A DNA stretch of 50,079 bases from Octopus sinensis (GCF_006345805.1 NW_021832192.1:1-50079); one strand, 5' to 3'. Counted from the first letter of the stretch, positions 11,884 to 24,905 are shown. A program made the numbers and translations. The notes: a model not told the origin generated them from the letters alone.

Positions 11884-12803
11884 TGATTTCTACTGGAGCA
11901 ATCAGAAGTTTTAATGAACGAATCAGAAAAGCTTTAAAATTAATTAATCAAAGAAGTTTCCATTGTGAGAAGTTTTCATTCAGATCAAGCAGAGATGTTT
12001 TCAGCACTCAGTTCCCTTGGACTATTCTGAAATGTTTCAATTGAACTGTTTGAAACATTTTTACTGAGTCAAACATAAAGTGTTATGCTCAACAAGATTA
12101 AGAGCAAATTATAGACGAATAACTGAACATTTTTCGGTACATGCAATGAGTGGAACATTTTATATGTATAGTGCTTAGAAACTTACTTGCGATATGTGCG
12201 CTTACTTCAAGCTTGTAAGGAGCATTATACCAAGCTTCAGGGAAGTTACTGGTTGTATTTCTTCTTTCTTTATTGTCTAATAGTATTACAGTTTAAGATG
12301 TACATCGTCTTAACTTTAAAACAGCTCGGCGATAATGCGTCGTTATGATAATCTGTGACATACACTATGTATTTCATCATATCATATGCTACATAGTCGG
12401 AAGCCAAAATTTCGAATAAATCGTTTTAATAAACGGCAGATAGAGCGAATTCTAATGGAGGTACTGTAAAATTTATTTGACTGTATATTCAAACATAAGA
12501 ATGTCTTTTATTCTTCTATTTTATATACATGTTTTGAAAATAGATATCAAGTGGAGTAAATAAACGATTTTCCTGTATAGTGTTGACTGGGATTACCTAA
12601 TTAGCAAATTTAACTTAAATTAATTAAGAGGATTTTATCCTAAATCTATTTAATTGTCAGTAATTTATGTCACAACAGGTCTTCATCTCAACAGAACTCA
12701 CTTGTAAAAAAGTGATGTCCTTTTCGAAGATATTGCTACGTTTTTCACTAATAGATGTGAAGCGATTTATGTCTGAGATTTGGCGTTTGCATGTGTACTA
12801 ATG

Positions 12804-13014
12804 CTTTCTACAATAGGTACGAGGTTTGAAATTTTGTTGGAGGGAGCTGTTTTATTACATCGACCCCAGTGCTTAATTAGTACTTAGTTTATTGACTTCT
12901 ACAGGATGAAAGGTGAAGTCGATCTCGGTGGAATTTGAACTCAGAACTCAGAAAAGTCAGAAGAAATGCTAAGCATTTTGTCCGGCACGGTAACTATTCT
13001 GCCAGCTTGCCGTC
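12804..13014 (-). mobile_element. SINE family B variant
   Basis: acatcgaccccagtgc...ggatgaaaggtgaagtcgatctcggtggaatttgaactcagaac...ttctgccagcttgccg, the reverse complement of the 27148 copy. Confidence 0.88.
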
Positions 13015-13243
13015 TTTTTAGTATTTGTAATAATAAGCAACTGTAGATGTAATGGAGATATTATGCAGAGGTTTCGCTCCTGATTGTTGTCTCTCAATTC
13101 CCATACAGTGTTTATGATTTTGACGCTGTTAAGACCGTGAGATTAAATACTACTGCTAAGGTATCGAAACCATAAAGATATCCACTAGATAGCTGATGAT
13201 GGGAGTATATATATATACATTACATCTACACTTGCTTATTATT

Positions 13244-13288
<45 letters not shown>

Positions 13289-13292
<4 letters not shown>

Positions 13293-13588
13293 CGTGATCA
13301 CTGTGACCGACCAGGCTATCAGATGTTGCTACACATCACTGGTCACAATGCGCTTCGCATTGTTTTAGCCTTCAAATGACGCCATCCCGCTGGCTAAGCG
13401 AGCAGGCCAACAGAAGAAAGAGTGAGAGAAAGTTGTGGCGAAAGAGTACAGCAGGGATCGTCACCCCACCCCCAGCCGGAGCCTTGTGGGGTTTTATGTG
13501 CTTTCGTTCAATAAACACTCACAGCGCCCGGTCTGGGAATCGAAACCGCGATCCTCCGACCGTGAGTTCGCTGCCCTAACCACTGGGC
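13289..13588 (-). mobile_element. tRNA-derived SINE family C, near complete, flanked by (TA)n on both sides
   Basis: Reverse complement gcccagtggttagggcagcgaactcacggtcggaggatcgcggtttcgattcccagaccgg has A-box and B-box-like motifs; 3' end ggtcacagtgatcacggtga followed by (TA)n. Confidence 0.9.
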
Positions 13589-13633
<45 letters not shown>

Positions 13634-14199
13634 TGTGTGTGTATTGGATATGCTGCTAGTCTGTAAATCTTTTATATCTTGTGGGCTCGTTGTTCTAAGT
13701 TGTCTTTCATTTCCATAGGTTTGAACTCGTTCAAAGGATTTTATTACTCGGTGGTTTTACAGTTTGTATTATACCATACATTGACATTACATGGTTGTCC
13801 ATATACTATACATTGACATTGCATAATTGGGATTTTGATTGTGGGTAGGGTAAAACGTATTTAAGGGTTTCTGGTTTAGAGAGGTTTTCTTGAGTATATA
13901 AAGATAGAATAATGCTCATATTTCTGCCGATTCCTTTGAAACTATGCTAACAACAGAAGAAAGACTTACTTCATTCTTTACACAGAGATATCATTATATA
14001 TTCTTTCATGAAATATGCCATTATATATTTTTTAGCTGAAACTATTTTATCATTCGTTTCATAAATTCATAACAGAAACTTTCTGTAGGTTGTGACAAAG
14101 CTATTAAATAAATAAATATTCATTCTCGCTCTTAAAATGTCTTGAGTTCTTACATTAATAGTGGGTACAAGTAATTGCACAGGCTTTTCAAATAGGTTT

Positions 14200-14289
14200 A
14201 AACGCATACACAGACACACACGTATATACGTATATACCTTTGTGCGTGTGTGTGCGTGATTGTATGCATGTATGTATATATATATTTAA

Positions 14290-14373
<84 letters not shown>

Positions 14374-14424
14374 TTATATATACATACATTCATACATACA
14401 TATACATATATACTAAAGATATGT

Positions 14425-14480
<56 letters not shown>

Positions 14481-14695
14481 TATATATAATGTATATATAT
14501 ATATGTATATATATATATGTATATACATATATACATGAAAATATATAAACATTCATATATGAATATGTATAAACAAATATTCATATATATATGTGTGTAT
14601 GGTGTGTGGTTGTGTGTCTGTTTGTGTGTATGTGTGTATCTATATCTGTTTAACTATCTATCTATATATACATAGACAGACAGACAGACAGACAA

Positions 14696-14770
<75 letters not shown>

Positions 14771-14815
14771 TGGGTGCGTGCGCATTCTCTCTCTCTCCCT
14801 CTCTCTCTCGTGCGC
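14200..14815. repeat. (TA)n, (TG)n, (GACA)n, (GATA)n, (CT)n compound microsatellite
   Basis: Direct reading. Confidence 0.95.
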
Positions 14816-15022
14816 GCGTGTATATGCCTGTGTATTTTTTCCCATTAACAGGCAAAAATTGTGCTCATAGCCATGAAAAACTGAAAACTGAAAATAATTG
14901 AGTTAATCAACATTACGATTTTGAACTTTATTAGACATGACTTACCAAATCAACAGTTCCGTTGTGCTTCTGTGTGCCTGTAGTTTCTATATGTACATCT
15001 GTATGCCAGTATGTTTGTGGCT

Positions 15023-15055
<33 letters not shown>

Positions 15056-15095
15056 CATACATATATATATGTATACATATATATGTATATATATA

Positions 15096-15126
<31 letters not shown>

Positions 15127-15722
15127 GGGTTTGGGTGTGCTCGTGTGTCTGTGTGTGTGTGTCATTATATATGTGTGTGGATGTATATGTGCTTGTGTAG
15201 GGTGACTGTGTATAGGCTTCTGTATGTGTTTGTGTATGCGTGTGCTTGTCACTGTGTGAGTGAGGTTGTTTGTGTTTTCATGTGCGTGTTTGTGGATGTG
15301 TGTGTTTGTGTGTGTGTGATGATCTGCATTAGTATATGTCAGCGTATGTGCGTGCTGTGCGTGTTTTAAATGTTGCCATATTTATTGACTAAATCAGTGG
15401 ACGAATGACACGGCCATGACTTTTATTTATTCATATATGCCTGTAGATGCAGAGAGAGAGGCTCCAGGATTGGAGGGAAGAAAAGATGACTCATGAATTA
15501 TTCTCAGACTAGAAACTTGTTTCGAATTCTAGCAACAAGGCTATGGGACGGACACCCAATTGCCGGTTTATCATGGTAGACCGGACGATGGTTTAAGCCA
15601 GTCATAAGCAGACTGCAGCCCACGTGACGTTCTGAATTTATTTTGAATTTATTTGGTATTGCTAGCCGCCTGATGATGAGGGATGTCTCATGAGACCCGC
15701 TTGGCTTAAGTAGATTTGTTAA

Positions 15723-15828
15723 GAACTTGTGTTAGTGCATCAATACATATACTAAAATAGGGACGATACAGAGATTAACGTGGCCCCTGCAAAAAGATGT
15801 CACGCAAATTCGTAAAGTATTTCATTTT
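15723..15828 (+). pseudogene. U6: U6 snRNA pseudogene (probable retrocopy) followed by (TTTA)n
   Basis: Colinear match to metazoan U6: ACATATACTAAAAT, GATACAGAGA, GGCCCCTGC, GATG.CACGCAAATTCGT.AAG. There is a 3-nt deletion after the ACAGAGA box, and the AGC triad reads AAC. Confidence 0.92.
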
Positions 15829-15863
15829 ATTTTATTTTTTATTTATTTATTTATTTATTTATT

Positions 15864-16020
15864 GTAGACGTAAGCATGGTTGGTTAAGAAGCCAACTTTG
15901 CAGCCATCAAATTTCGGCTTCTGTCACAATGCGGAGCGCTTTGGACAAGTGTTTTCTACCATAGCCATTGGTCAAGTGAGTGAAGCTAGTAGAAGGAAAT
16001 TGTATGGAAGCCTGTCGAAT
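15864..16020 (+). mobile_element. SINE family A head/core, diverged
   Basis: gcatggttggttaagaagc...ctttggacaagtgttttctaccatagcc...ggaaattgtatggaagcctgtcg. Confidence 0.75.
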
Positions 16021-16149
16021 AAATGTGTGCGTGTGTGTGTATTTGTCTGTGATTACTGATTTTGTGCCTAAATCAGAAACCTGATACCTAATCCGAATGA
16101 TTGCAATAAAGTGGGTTCCGCTAAAGGCACCCAAGGTGTCCCAATTACG

Positions 16150-16380
16150 AATTGAGTGAACCAGCCAAAGCAGGTTTTGACAGGATTTGAATTCAGAATG
16201 CACAGAGCCGGAACAAATGCCATATGTAGGTCAGACGGCCATCTTGGATTTCCATACCGAACGAAAGAGAAGTAAAGTTGATTTCGGCGAGATCGAAGTC
16301 AGTTAGGAGAATGTCAGACGAAACACCGCGATGCATTCTATCCGTCTCTGATACTTCTGCTATGTCGCCTTAGACAGGTA
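16150..16380 (-). mobile_element. Two degenerate SINE family B head fragments
   Basis: ggatttgaattcagaatg and aaagttgatttcggcgagatcgaagtcag. Confidence 0.5.
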
Positions 16381-17205
16381 GGATGTGCGTTAAGGGATGT
16401 GCGATATGTAGGATGGCTACTTTTTCTAGAAGATCGAGGGTCAACACACAGTCTCTGTCTCCTTCCCTACTTCTCTCACTCTCACATCGGTTTGTTTCAT
16501 GATGCGTGATGATGTGCTGCGTTAATTTGTTCCTTGTTGTAAATGCATTGTATGTCAATGAGAAAGAGTTATTTATGTGTGACAAATAAAGCAGTCAGAT
16601 TCCTGAAGTTTACAACTTACACGCTTGCAATCTTATTTTAAAGCGAATTGTTCATTCGTAGTTAGTTCTTAGATTGACGAGTTTGCTTTAATAAAAAAAA
16701 TTAAGTTTAGTGTTTTTTTATGAAGCACATTTTTTAGAGTTAGTTTAAGACTGGATGCAATGCATTTCGTGTCTTGTTTAACTCTTCTTTTTTCTTTTTA
16801 TATAATATATTCATCAATATTGTAACCTCTATGCACTTGATTTATACATGATTTCTTTATCATTAAGATGTATAATGTTTGATGTATTTTCTGCATTGAT
16901 GTTGCTTCGGTATTGGCATTTGGCGGTAATTTCTTGCAGCTCAGTTCACTGCATAGAGATTCCTTTACTGGTTCGTGGTTTCTATTCTAGCAAATGTTAT
17001 TGGTGTTGTTGTTTTCAACGAGATGAAAATTGGATTAATTAGATCTATTATCGACGTCATCATAACTGTGGTCATCGTACCTTTTCTTATATTTTGACAT
17101 AGTATTTCTTCGACTAAAACATTCAAAGAGACTTTTATTTTTTTCAGATGGTGGGGTGTGATTTGATGCATATTTTTCAGGCTGGTCAAGCTGCTTCGTT
17201 GAAGT

Positions 17206-17360
17206 GGGAGTAGTGTGGTAGAAAGTTTGCTTTCAATCCACATGGCTTCGAGTTCAGTTCCACTGTGTGATGCCTTGGACAAGTGTATTCTATTGTAGCA
17301 CAGGGCCGACCAAAGCTTTGTGAGTGGATTTCGTAGTCAAAATCAGAAAAAACCTGTCGT
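17206..17360 (+). mobile_element. SINE family A head/core
   Basis: gtgtggtagaaagtttgc...gagttcagttccactgtgtgatgccttggacaagtgt...ccgaccaaagctttgtgagtggatt. Confidence 0.88.
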
Positions 17361-17393
17361 ACCACACATATGTATATGCATATATATATATAT

Positions 17394-17455
<62 letters not shown>

Positions 17456-17482
17456 ATGATATATATATATATATATATAGTT

Positions 17483-17830
17483 ATATGAAAGAATGGAGTT
17501 GAACGACTAGTTAACAAGTATCCTTTGTTCTCGACATATGTTTCGAAGGCTGCATATTCCTAATTCCGAAGGAATAAGGAGTACATTATGCAGATTTCTC
17601 ATCGGGAAAATCAAGGAACTTATGTCGATATCAAAATGCACAAAAAACTAAAAGTCAGCTAAAAGTTTTTTGTGCATTTTGATGTCGACATAAGTTCCTT
17701 GATTTTCCTAATGAGAAATCTGCATAATGTACACCTTATTCCTTCGGAATTAGGAATATGCAGCCTTCGAAACATATGTCGAGAATAAAGGATACTTGTT
17801 AACTATTCGTTCAACTCCATTCATTCATAT
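17483..17830. repeat. Long palindrome: two 167-bp inverted arms of a hammerhead-bearing Penelope-like repeat, 14-nt spacer
   Basis: Arms 17483-17649 and 17664-17830; 7 mismatches by manual alignment. Confidence 0.95.
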
Positions 17831-18004
17831 ACTTATAATTTTAAAATAAACATACAAATTTCTACACGAAGACACGTAGTCTATGCCCTATGGACGTAGC
17901 TTCAACCGTGTTCTTTCTGATGTGAATTTGCTACCCAGGTATCGGTTATCTTTCGAATTATCCTTAATAAGATAATTCATTCAATTACTCAATCTATATA
18001 TATA

Positions 18005-18089
<85 letters not shown>

Positions 18090-18110
18090 TAATATATATG
18101 CATATACATA

Positions 18111-18333
18111 TGTGTGTGTTTGTTTTATTGTTTGTAGTTGTATAGTGTTTGCTTTTGACAACCGGCATTGATTTTCCTTACGGCTTCGTAACGTAGCGGT
18201 TCGGCAAAAGAACCAACGGAATAATTACCGGCCTTTAAGAAATAAGAACTGCAATCGATTTGTCCCACTAAAATCCTTCAAAGCAGTGCTCCACCATGGC
18301 TGCGGTCCAATGACTAACACACACAATAAAGAA
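18111..18333 (+). mobile_element. SINE family A 3' half
   Basis: gtaacgtagcggttcggcaaaag...gcagtgctccaccatggctgcggtccaatgact. Confidence 0.85.
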
Positions 18334-18589
18334 GACAGTGGTTAATGCCCCAAGGCGCCAACTTGGAGCAAAGGACCGGATTAGCTTCTTCAGTTGTTCG
18401 GTTCGCTATTGCTTGTCATATTTTTGCTGTCATTTCCGCCTCTAGATTTGCTTTAAAATGCATAAATATAAATGTGTTCTACGTTAAATCCAAGATATAA
18501 GAACTTAAAATATTTTCTCTAAAGATAATATATATATGGATTATGGGGAGGTATGTGTGTGTGGTGATATGTATCAGAGCTTTTTATAA

Positions 18590-18685
18590 ATAAATAATTG
18601 TGCATACACAAACCTAAATATATATGTATAATATTATATATATATATATATATAATATATATATATATATATGTATGTATGTATG

Positions 18686-18716
<31 letters not shown>

Positions 18717-18930
18717 TGTGTGTGTGTGTGGTGGACATATATATCCATACATTAATACATACACACACACATACAGATATCTCTTTTTGAATCTTTATCA
18801 ATTAATATATACATATAAGTGTATATGTTGTCTATGTAAATGCATATGCATATATATATATATAGAGAGAGAGAGGGATAGAGAGTTACATACATACATA
18901 CATACATACATTCATACATACATACATACA

Positions 18931-18963
<33 letters not shown>

Positions 18964-19060
18964 CATACATGGATAGATAGGTAGATTGAGGCAGAGATAA
19001 GCGCACGCACATACACTCACGCACACGCACACACACACACACACACATATATATATAAGA
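18590..19060. repeat. (TA)/(TG)/(CATA)/(CA) compound microsatellite
   Basis: Direct reading. Confidence 0.92.
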
Positions 19061-20011
19061 GAGTTACTTTCATATATTTCTTAATAAGTTTTCTATGAAT
19101 ATATATTACTTATGTTACTTGTAAATGTATATTCTATACATATACATACATACACAGACGCACGCAGACATATATATATACATAAACGCGTACATACGCA
19201 CGTACATTGACACAATCACCATCAAATATATATATTTACATGCAACATGGAAAACATGTCATAACAACACTTGAAGAGGACATAAACACATTAAATGCTA
19301 CATTTGCCATACATTAAAACTGAAATGAAAAGAAAAAAACTGAAATTGCGCAGCACATAAGCAGCACATTAGAACATTAGAATAAGAATTTAGAGAAATC
19401 ATAAAAATAAACACACAGAGCAAAAAAACAAAAATGAAAGAACGAAGGAAGGAAGCAAAGCAAAAAATAACAAAGAATGAATTTCCACGAAGATAAACCA
19501 AAAAAATTACAAAAAAAAAAGAATTTTTAGAAATGGCATTGGCCTGATTATATAATTTAGAGCAATTTCTCTGTAAAAGAATGACAAAGGAGGAATCAAA
19601 TTTTCTCACAAAATTTGTTCATATTTTTATCCATTATGGGACGTGGTGTTGACTTATAAAAAACGACATTTAATATACTTTATAGTACATTATGTTTTGC
19701 ATAACGTAATACCACGTACCTACAATTCATTAGTCTTTACGTACCAGTTCCAGGAACGTGTTTTAACATGTAAATTGGTGTAGCCAAATACTTAACACCG
19801 CTGTATGCGGTGGCTACACAAGCAAGCAATGTGTTCGGAGGCGAGAATGGCTTAGATGGGGGCTGATAAACGGGCAAACCCCCACCTCACCCCCGAAATA
19901 TAAAATATTTTTGTCTTCGATCTCGTTGTTTGTATACATCTGATGTCTCGATACGAAACGTAGCAAAAAATCTGAGCTGGCTATAATTTCTGTAGAAATA
20001 ACCTTAACAAA

Positions 20012-20149
20012 ATTATTGTTATTATTATTATTATTATTATTGTTATTGTTATTATTATTATTATTATTATCATCATCATCATTATTATTATTATTGTTAT
20101 TATTATTATTATTATTATTATTTATTATTATATTATTATTATTATTATC

Positions 20150-20181
<32 letters not shown>

Positions 20182-20458
20182 CATTATTATTATTATCATT
20201 ATTATTATCATTATTATCATTATTATCATTATTATTATTATTATTATTATCATTATTATTATTATCATCATTATTATCATTATTTTATTATTAATTATCA
20301 TTATTATTATTATCATCATTATTATCATTATTATCATTATTATCATTATTATTATTATTATTATTGTTATTATTATCATTATTATTATTATCATCATTAT
20401 TATCATTATTATTATTATTATTATTATCATTATTATTATTATCATCATTATTATCATT

Positions 20459-20490
<32 letters not shown>

Positions 20491-20503
20491 CATTTTATTA
20501 TAT

Positions 20504-20535
<32 letters not shown>

Positions 20536-20718
20536 CATTATTATTATTATCATCATTATTATCATTATTATCATTATTATCATTATTATTATTATTATTA
20601 TTATCATTATTATTATTATCATCATTATTATCATTATTATCATTATTATCATCATTATTATTATTATTATTATTATTATCATTATTATCATCATTATTAT
20701 TATTATTATTATTATTAT
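20012..20718. repeat. About 700-bp (ATT/ATC)n array with higher-order periodicity
   Basis: Direct reading; recurring pattern of ATC variants. Confidence 0.96.
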
Positions 20719-21519
20719 TTTCATTGTACAAAAAAAATGGTGGAATGGGGTATTGTAAACTTTAAAAAAATGAAAACATTATTACTATTAATAATACTAT
20801 TTATATCAATGCTATTATTACCTTGTTTTATTTATTATCAATAAGATTATTTTTATCACTATCATTCTCAAAAACAAAGAAAGAAACCATCATTATTGTT
20901 GTTATTGTTCTTCTTCTTGTTATTATTATTGTTGTTGTTGTTGTTGTTGTTTTCATTTCTTGTTGTTATACCTGACACTGCTGTCTTTTGTCTTTCGCTG
21001 TTTTCTCATAATCATCGGATCTTTTTGTTTCTTTTTATCAATATATTTAACATATACTACATAAATGCACACACTCTCACACATACATACATAACACTCG
21101 CACATACATACATATATGATTATATATGCGTTTGTAGTGAGGGGGGGTGTTATTTTTTTCATTTATACCATTTCTGCGCTTTTTTTCTGTTTTATTGCTC
21201 TTAAAAAACCAAAACAAAGCACGTTGCTATTTATATTTTTCATAATTCTATTTATATAAAAAATATAGTTTTTATTTTTATAATTTTCCATAATCTTTTC
21301 TATATTATCTTTCTTTAATATTTTAGCTATATGCTATTACGATAAATCCCATTATCAGATTTACTCAGGAGTGAAAGACAACAACAAATAATGATAAAAA
21401 ATAATAAAAAAATCTCTATTAAATTCCAAAAATATCCATTAAAAGATTTAGGACAAGGTGGTGGGGATATTATTCTTTATTTTTTTCCTGAAAAGTGCAT
21501 ATATATGAATGTGTGCATG

Positions 21520-21605
21520 TGTTATTTTGTGCATGTATATATGCATGCATATATATATACATACATACACACATATGCATGAATGTGTGCATGGGCAAAC
21601 ATGTA

Positions 21606-21653
<48 letters not shown>

Positions 21654-21710
21654 ATTATATTATATCATATTATATTATATTATATATTATAATATATATA
21701 TATATATTAT

Positions 21711-21760
<50 letters not shown>

Positions 21761-22036
21761 TATACATACATACATATATATATAATATATATATTATATG
21801 CATGTACGTGCATGTGTGTCTTGAGAGTGATGTCCTTTTATCGGTTATTGTTATTAATATTCATGTTTTTGGTGTTTGTTTTGTTTTGCACATCTACATA
21901 TCTATTAGTGTATTTGCATTAGTGTGTTTGTCTGAGAACGTCTGTGTGCGTGAGTGTGTGTGTGAGAGAGAGAGTGCATGTATACGTGTGTGTGTGTATG
22001 TGTATATCTCTCTCTTTCTCTCTCTCTCTCTCTCTG

Positions 22037-22073
<37 letters not shown>

Positions 22074-22091
22074 GGAGATGGAGATAGAGGG

Positions 22092-22133
<42 letters not shown>

Positions 22134-22310
22134 TATAGATATATACACACATGTGTGTGTATGTGCCAGAAGGGATGTGTGTACACGTATACATTTGTGT
22201 TTGCGTTTCAACAGTTTTCATTCATTACTATATATCAACGTGCATATCATTGTTCTTTTCCTGTGTTCCTGCGCGCCTGTGTATTGTTCTTGTTGTTATT
22301 ATTATTATTA

Positions 22311-22376
<66 letters not shown>

Positions 22377-22400
22377 CATCGTCATAATCATCATCATGAT
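21520..22400. repeat. Compound (TA), (TG), (CT), (GA), (ATT) microsatellites
   Basis: Direct reading. Confidence 0.9.
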
Positions 22401-22514
22401 TTTTGGACGTAATATGTGTGTTTTTAAAATTGCGTATGCATAAACATGAATACCCAAGTTCAAGTAAATGCAAGTGAAATTACATACATACGTTTTCAGA
22501 AATATGATACAAAA

Positions 22515-22921
<407 letters not shown>

Positions 22922-23529
22922 TGTAGATTGTGTGTGTGTGTATCGTATTGTTTCTTGAGGTATTAATTTCTGTCTGTGCTTGAATGTATGTGCATGTGTC
23001 TGTTTTTTATGTGTACGAGAGTTTATGCACACCCAGAAATATACATATTTTCCAAATAAATGAAACATCGCAATTAATAAATCCAGGTTTTATGTGCGAT
23101 GTTGGGCCCCCATTAAGCAAATCTTGTCCCTGGCGCTCACTGAACTAATTGTAATCCAGACGGTCTTTTCTACCGAGTTTGACTCTATAACAATATAACA
23201 TTATTTTCAAAGAAAAGGCTATCTGCCAATATAATGTGGCAGATAACCTTTACTTTTGTTTTAGCCCCAAGAAACATCGTATCTAGCTGGCTATACGACA
23301 CAATATCTGTGCCCTGATATTTTCGAACAGGGAGTTCAGCACTCCCACCTAACGCAAAACAACATCCGTGGACCAGATTCTGGGCTATTGCCCTTTATCA
23401 GCGTGCGTGTGTGCGTTTATGTGTGACTCAACACTCATGCTTAAAACAAAACCAGCATCGCATTAATTTGCAATCTGCCCCCCAACTCAAAAAACAGTTG
23501 TCAGAGCTCGCTAACATAACTTTTATTTC

Positions 23530-24130
23530 TTATTTTTTACTTGTTTCAGTCACTAGACTGTGACCATGCTGGGGCACCGCCTTCAACTTTTCGTTGAATG
23601 AATCGACTCCAGTACTTTTTAAAGAAGTGGTACATATTCTGTCAGCCTTTTGCCTAACTACTAAGTTACAGCGACACATACAAACACACATACACACACA
23701 TACATACATACAAACATACATACATACATACATACATACATACATGCATGCATACGTACATACATACATACATACATATATACATACATACATACATACA
23801 TCATACATACATACATACATACATACACACATGCATGCATACGTACATACATACACACACATATATATATGCATATATATATATATATTTGGGCACAGGA
23901 CGTCACCAACAGTAAAAAACATGAAAATAGGAGAAGTAACACAAAGAATCTATCTACTCCTCATTTCGAGCACTGAACGACCGTCAGTTTCTGTCTTCCA
24001 AATCCACTCGCAAGGCTTTAATTGGCCCGGCTATGGTAGAAGACATATGGCTAAGGGCCACGCAGTGGGACTGAACTCGAAACCATATGCTTGAAAAGCA
24101 AGCTTCTTGCCACACAGCCACACTCGCGCC
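23530..24130 (-). mobile_element. Bipartite SINE family A (head 23980-24130, internal microsatellite, tail 23530-23690)
   Basis: Reverse complements of both the head (...gcttcttgccacacagccacactcgcgcc) and the tail (tacttgtttcagtcactagactgtgaccatgctggggcaccgcc). Confidence 0.85.
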
Positions 24131-24240
24131 TATATTTCCAGATCATTTCTTAGGAATTTCCAAGAACCGAGCGTTTATGATTTCTTCCAATAGGACAATC
24201 GAAAAACAATGTGGGACTAAACAACAATAAAGGAAGAAGA

Positions 24241-24321
24241 CAAGACTGAATAGTCATGTCTGGAACGCCTTTGATCGTATTTCTTCCTCATCGGTGTTGA
24301 CCTGGGGTTAAACAACAACAA
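24241..24321 (+). mobile_element. Old repeat family D, 3' end with (CAA)n tail
   Basis: ggaacgcctttg...gacctggggttaaacaacaacaa, shared with 26100-26165 and 26575-26595. Confidence 0.7.
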
Positions 24322-24394
24322 TTACTTCAGTTGCACCACCGCCACCGCCCGTATTATATAGTAGCTGATAAAACATAGTAAGCACTAAAACGAC

Positions 24395-24555
24395 AGTGGT
24401 TGTGTGGTAAGTAGTTTGCTTACGAACCACATGGTTCCGGGTTCAGTCCCACTGCGTAGCACCTTGGGCAAGTGTCTTCTATTATGGCCTCGGGCAGACC
24501 AAAGCCTTGTGAGTGGATTTGGTAGCGGAAACTGAGAAGAAACTCGTAGTATATA
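24395..24555 (+). mobile_element. SINE family A head/core, low divergence (CORE-SINE-like)
   Basis: tggttgtgtggtaagtagtttgc...ggttccgggttcagtcccactgcg (B-box-like), gcaccttgggcaagtgtc (resembles the CORE motif accttgggcaagtc). Confidence 0.92.
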
Positions 24556-24556
24556 C

Positions 24557-24630
<74 letters not shown>

Positions 24631-24679
24631 TATGTTATATATAGATATGTATTATGTATGTATGTATGTATGTATGTAT

Positions 24680-24905
24680 GTACCATAACTATCACGATCA
24701 CCATCATAACTACCACCATCACCACCGCAACCATCACCATCATCATCACTCACTACTACCACCACAACCACCACCACAACAATCATCACCACCACAATCA
24801 CCGCCACCGCATCCATTACCATCACAGTCACTACTCTCAACTGCAACCACAACAACCACCACCCATACTAGAACTACAATAGCAACTACATCCGCCACCA
24901 GCTCT
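24680..24905. repeat. (CAC/CAT)n degenerate trinucleotide tract
   Basis: Direct reading. Confidence 0.9.

Noticed and set aside
13500-13588. tRNA gene
   Set aside because: The tRNA-like head continues into a SINE body and tail; no acceptor stem or terminator
16740-17130. Protein-like fragments on both strands in unique sequence
   Set aside because: Stops in all frames and no family motif
19941-19968. ctgatg…gaaacgta as a hammerhead
   Set aside because: The core is incomplete (GA missing) and there is no stem I
23214-23251. Short hairpin aaagg..atctgcca/tggcagat..ccttt
   Set aside because: Short and isolated, adjacent to an old repeat fragment; not distinguishable from chance
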